A stretch of 64,000 nt of DNA from Candidatus Versatilivorator sp. (GTDB lineage Bacteria; Acidobacteriota; Terriglobia; Versatilivoradales; Versatilivoraceae), in contig OZ242296.1 in the NCBI GenBank assembly GCA_965207735.1, forward strand, positions 1,984,001 to 2,048,000, given 5' to 3'. The position numbers were made by a program, and so were the translations under genes. Positions 60,274 to 64,000 of the stretch are shown here, one piece after another. The notes beneath the pieces were generated by a model, which made no database searches, was not told the origin of the DNA, and saw only the letters and a list, made by a program, of their open reading frames with translations. How positions within the stretch are numbered: the stretch's first letter is position 1; each line of letters opens with the position of its first letter.

Positions 60274-61524
60274 CTAGAAATTGTAGCTAAAGCTGAACGA
60301 GAAGAAGCTGTCGCGACGGATCTCATGGAGGATGTCGGATTCGTCCACGTTGGGAAAGGCGATCGATTCCACGCTGAGTGACCACCGGTCCGTGATTCTC
60401 CGATTGAATTCCAGGGTCACCACCTGCGAGGAACGGGTCGCATCGAACATGATACCGGCCAGCAACTCCGTTCCCTGGACATCATTGGGCGCCCACCGCG
60501 TGGCCACGAAGACATCGTTATCGAAGAAATTGGTCGCGTTGCCTCCCCGCCCGTCGTAGTTCCACTCGCCCAGAAGACTGACATCGTGGGCCGATCCCCA
60601 CACCGAATAGAAGGTGTATTCAAGCCCGGAGACCAGCGCTCCGTAGTCTTGCTTCGCCCTCCGAAGGTTGCGCGCCCCGGACCGCTGAATCGTTTCGAGC
60701 TTGAGCAGCCAGGCGCCGAGCGTGAGTTGCGCGTCCAGGCCCAATTGGCGGATCTGCTCGTAATAGGGCCGCAGAACAGGAGTGCCGCCCGAGTTCAGCT
60801 CCGGTTGAAAGAAGGGTTCGCGGCTGGTGCCGTCAAAGACGCTGGCGCCGATGTCCAGGGGACCGAAACTGTGGCTGTAACGGGCTGCGACGTCGAAGTG
60901 CCACTGCTTGGCGCGGCTCTCGTAGAGGGGGTTGTCCTTGTCGACGACCAGCGAGTAGCGCAGGCGGCCCCCGGACCCCGGAAAGGTGCGGGAACGGTGG
61001 TAGGGCAGGCCGAAAACCTCGACCACGCCCCAATCCGCGGACCAGGTGAGATGGGCCATGGGCTGGCCCAGCTTTTCCTCTTCGTCGGGGTGTTCGATCA
61101 GATCGGTCTGGTTGACGATATCGACCAGGTGGCGGGATTCCGCCACCCCCCAGAACACGCGGTCGACCCCGAGGCGCAACTCCCATTCACCGCGGTCGCT
61201 CTGGCCGAACCACAGCAGATAGGCCTCGCGCAGGTCGAAATGGGTTCGGTGAGGGTCGGCGCTGTCGTAGCGGAAAAAGGGGGTCAGCGTAAGGCTGCGG
61301 CCGCGGGCGTCTTCAAAATGGAATTCCGGTTCCGCCAACACGCCGCTGGCGTGCCAGCTCTGCTCCGGATAGGCTCCGGACTGGGGATGCCAGCGGCCCT
61401 CCAGGCTCAGGCGACCGGAAAAATCGTAGTCAATGGGCGGAGCCGAAGACCCTGGGGCCACCCCGAACAAGGCCACCCAAATCGAAACGAGAACGATGTG
61501 GACAAGGGCCGCGCCCCACCTCAT
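60274..61524 (-). CDS. putative outer-membrane beta-barrel protein
   Basis: Signal peptide, DLREAY...GVDRVFWG pattern, alternating beta strands, C-terminal FSFSYNF aromatic end. Translationally coupled to the LolA-like gene. Confidence 0.75.
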   Translation of the reverse strand: MRWGAALVHIVLVSIWVALFGVAPGSSAPPIDYDFSGRLSLEGRWHPQSGAYPEQSWHASGVLAEPEFHFEDARGRSLTLTPFFRYDSADPHRTHFDLREAYLLWFGQSDRGEWELRLGVDRVFWGVAESRHLVDIVNQTDLIEHPDEEEKLGQPMAHLTWSADWGVVEVFGLPYHRSRTFPGSGGRLRYSLVVDKDNPLYESRAKQWHFDVAARYSHSFGPLDIGASVFDGTSREPFFQPELNSGGTPVLRPYYEQIRQLGLDAQLTLGAWLLKLETIQRSGARNLRRAKQDYGALVSGLEYTFYSVWGSAHDVSLLGEWNYDGRGGNATNFFDNDVFVATRWAPNDVQGTELLAGIMFDATRSSQVVTLEFNRRITDRWSLSVESIAFPNVDESDILHEIRRDSFFSFSFSYNF

Positions 61525-62348
61525 CAACGGATTCGTCTCAGCCCTGTTCGTGTGAAGTCGTTCTCGTTCAGATTGTTCTGGAATTGAAAATCCGTCCACG
61601 TCAGAGTCGTGCTCTTGCCGGTGATGTGATTGACCATCGTCATCTTTCCGGCATACCAGTAGCGGTCGAGATACCGGCCGTAGTCTGCAACGGTAAGCGT
61701 CTTCAGGTGGGCGTTCTTGCGATCGTAGTAGTCTACCTTCCAGACGCGCAGCTCGTCCAGGTCCTGCCAGACCTCCTGACGGCTGTAGCCGGAGCGCCGG
61801 TCCGCCGGGATGCGTTCCGAGACGGTGCAGGTCAGATCCCCGCACGGCTCCTCCCGCAGGTAGCGATAGGTAAACTTCTCCACCTCCGGAGTGCCCATGT
61901 CTTCGTAGGCGAATTCACTGCCCATGAAGGAGCCGGACTGGTTCGACGAGCTGATTCGCTTGACCCGTCGCAGCGCCGGCAGATAGAGCCACTGTTCGTC
62001 ATCTTTCTCCCTGTGGGAGTGGATCAGCAACGCGGTCCCCTTCACGTCGCGCGGCTCGTCGAACACGAACAGGTTCTTGTCTCCCTCTCCCGGCACCTCC
62101 AGAACCTGCAAACGCAACTGGCGCCGACTCTCCTGCCCTCCCCGGTTGCGGAGCACCATGGTCTGACGCGCGCTAAAATCACCGAAGCCCTCGCCGCGCT
62201 CACGCGCATCCAGGGCGATCTTGAGGCCTCGGGCCTCCGGGTCCGACTCCTGGCTCAAAGCCGGAGTCCAAGCGGACAAAAACGCCCAAACAGCCAGACA
62301 ACTCATGCAATACAGGGATGGCCGACGGCGGAAAAAGGGATGATTCAT
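61524..62348 (-). CDS. outer-membrane lipoprotein-sorting (LolA-like) protein
   Basis: FDEPRDVKGTALL, DDEQWLYLPALRRVKRI, SGSFMGSEFAYED, DYYDRK..LKTL. Confidence 0.88.
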   Translation of the reverse strand: MNHPFFRRRPSLYCMSCLAVWAFLSAWTPALSQESDPEARGLKIALDARERGEGFGDFSARQTMVLRNRGGQESRRQLRLQVLEVPGEGDKNLFVFDEPRDVKGTALLIHSHREKDDEQWLYLPALRRVKRISSSNQSGSFMGSEFAYEDMGTPEVEKFTYRYLREEPCGDLTCTVSERIPADRRSGYSRQEVWQDLDELRVWKVDYYDRKNAHLKTLTVADYGRYLDRYWYAGKMTMVNHITGKSTTLTWTDFQFQNNLNENDFTRTGLRRIR

Positions 62349-64000
62349 GATTTGTCTCGATCGATGGCCATCAGCAGGGGCGGGAGCAGCAGAAAATCAG
62401 CCAGAAGCGCAAACCCCAGCGTGATGGCGACCAGCAGGCCCAGCACGGAGCTGACCTGAAATCCCGATGAAGCAAACACCAGAAAACTTGCCGACAAAAC
62501 CGCGGTCGTGGTCCACAACGCGTGGCCGACGGTGCGGAAAGTGGCGCGCACCGACTCGGAAGCGGAGGCTCCTCCGCGGCGGGCTTCGAGGTACTTGCTC
62601 ATGAAATGGATGGTATCGTCAACCACAATGCCGAATGCCACGGCGCAGACCACCGAGGCGGAAAGGCCCACCTGACCCACCAGGTAGCCCCACAGACCGA
62701 AGCTCATGGCCGCGGGAATGAAGTTGGGAAACAGGCTGACCAGACCGAACCGCAGGCTCTTGAACGTGCCGACAAGGATCAGCGAAATCATGGCCATGGC
62801 CACGATCGTACTGCGCAGCATGCTCTCGATGTTTCTCTGGGCCAAGTGAGCGAAGACCATTGTGACGCCCGATGCTTCTCCGGTCAATCCGGGCGCGTTG
62901 GCCCCGACCCACTCCCGGGCCCGCTCGTCCAGTTGGCGCAGACCCCGTGCGGACGCGCTGGCCACCACCGTCATTCGCGTGGCCGACTTGGCGACGTCGA
63001 TGCGGTCGTTCAAGTCATTGCCGAGCGGCAGCGACAGTTCGTACAGCAGCAGGTTCTGGGCTGCCAGCGCCGGATCCTCGGGAATTCGATAGAAGGCGGG
63101 GTCGTCGCCGTGCATGTTCTTGTTCAGGCGTTTCATGACGTCGGGAAACGACTGAACGAAGTTCACCTCCGGCTGATCCCGATACCATTCGGCAAAGGCG
63201 TCGGCCCTGCGCAGATAGGCCGGATCGGTGATACCGCCTTCGCGCCCGGAGTCCAGCGAGTACTCGAGCGTATCCAGCCCGGTCAGGTTTTCGATGACGA
63301 AGTCGGTATCGCTGCGGAAACTGTAACGCTGATCGAAATAACGCGTCCAATTGTCGCTCAGCTCGACGCGCGGAATGCCGGCGACCAGTACCACTGTCAC
63401 AATGGAGACCACCGCCAGCAGGACCTTGCGCCGTTCCACCACGAATGCGCCGAAGCGGTCGAAGAAGCCGGGACGGTCATCCGGAGTCGGATTCGGGCGC
63501 AACGGCAGAATCGAAAGCAAGGCCGGCAGAAACGTCATCGAGTAGACGAAAATGCACACTAGGCCAAAAGCCACCATATTGCCCAGAACATGGAAGGGGG
63601 GCGAATCCGAGGCATTCAGGCTCAGAAATCCGATCGCGGTTGTCAATGCGGCCAGGAAGACCGGGTAGGCATTGATCCGAAGCGATTTTCGGATCGCCTC
63701 CTCCCGGCTCTGCCCCTCCCGGAGGCCTGCCAGGGTGCTGGTGACGATGTGGACCGCGTGCGCGACGGCGATGGCCATGACGATGATCGGCACACCGGCG
63801 CTGGCGGGGCTGAATATCTGGCCGGTCCAACCGGCGAAACCCATGGTGCCGGCGATAACGAGTACGAACATGGTCACGATCGCCAGGGTTGCCAATATCG
63901 ACTTCAAGAGCAGGGCCGAGCTCACCACGATGATCAGGAACACGATCGGCACCAGCGTCTCCAGGTCGGCCGCGGTCGCCGCAGCCAGCACTCGATTCAT
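62345..64000 (-). CDS. MMPL/RND family lipid transporter (5' part beyond the window)
   Basis: LTTAIGFLSL, GIVVDDTIHF, multiple TM helices. The ORF runs to the window edge. Confidence 0.9.
   Translation of the reverse strand: MNRVLAAATAADLETLVPIVFLIIVVSSALLLKSILATLAIVTMFVLVIAGTMGFAGWTGQIFSPASAGVPIIVMAIAVAHAVHIVTSTLAGLREGQSREEAIRKSLRINAYPVFLAALTTAIGFLSLNASDSPPFHVLGNMVAFGLVCIFVYSMTFLPALLSILPLRPNPTPDDRPGFFDRFGAFVVERRKVLLAVVSIVTVVLVAGIPRVELSDNWTRYFDQRYSFRSDTDFVIENLTGLDTLEYSLDSGREGGITDPAYLRRADAFAEWYRDQPEVNFVQSFPDVMKRLNKNMHGDDPAFYRIPEDPALAAQNLLLYELSLPLGNDLNDRIDVAKSATRMTVVASASARGLRQLDERAREWVGANAPGLTGEASGVTMVFAHLAQRNIESMLRSTIVAMAMISLILVGTFKSLRFGLVSLFPNFIPAAMSFGLWGYLVGQVGLSASVVCAVAFGIVVDDTIHFMSKYLEARRGGASASESVRATFRTVGHALWTTTAVLSASFLVFASSGFQVSSVLGLLVAITLGFALLADFLLLPPLLMAIDRDKS

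Overview
High-GC bacterial chromosomal window. The gene content (Spondin_N, FN3, cadherin and GLUG surface proteins, a sulfatase, a sterol methyltransferase) suggests a marine host-associated bacterium, possibly a sponge-associated Acidobacteriota; this is inference only. From left to right: (1) housekeeping genes tRNA-Gln, ispE, a TPR protein, purH and selA; (2) catabolic genes (sulfatase, frameshifted class-III aminotransferase, HpcH aldolase, SDR, Tat-exported creatininase and phosphotriesterase) interleaved with many short dispersed repeats and a MITE; (3) a ~4.2 kb tyrosine-integrase element bounded by a 7-bp CGCACGG duplication, inserted into a dispersed repeat and carrying a PD-(D/E)xK nuclease-like gene; (4) two modular surface proteins (~1.2k and 4.2k aa) with a shared C-terminal module, separated by a complete group II intron that also sits in a dispersed repeat; (5) a tandem pair of minimal GIY-YIG proteins; (6) from 45.7 kb to the window edge, a candidate sterol/triterpenoid synthesis-modification-export cluster. 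That cluster comprises a Neverland/KshA-like Rieske oxygenase, an RND pump, two copies of a GPP34(GOLPH3)-cytochrome P450 fusion lacking the I-helix acid-alcohol pair, a sterol C24-methyltransferase homologue, ispH, squalene synthase, and an MMPL + LolA-like + outer-membrane protein module, and it is the best candidate for an undescribed system. No CRISPR array or rRNA was seen. All family calls come from motif recognition by eye; no database searches were run.
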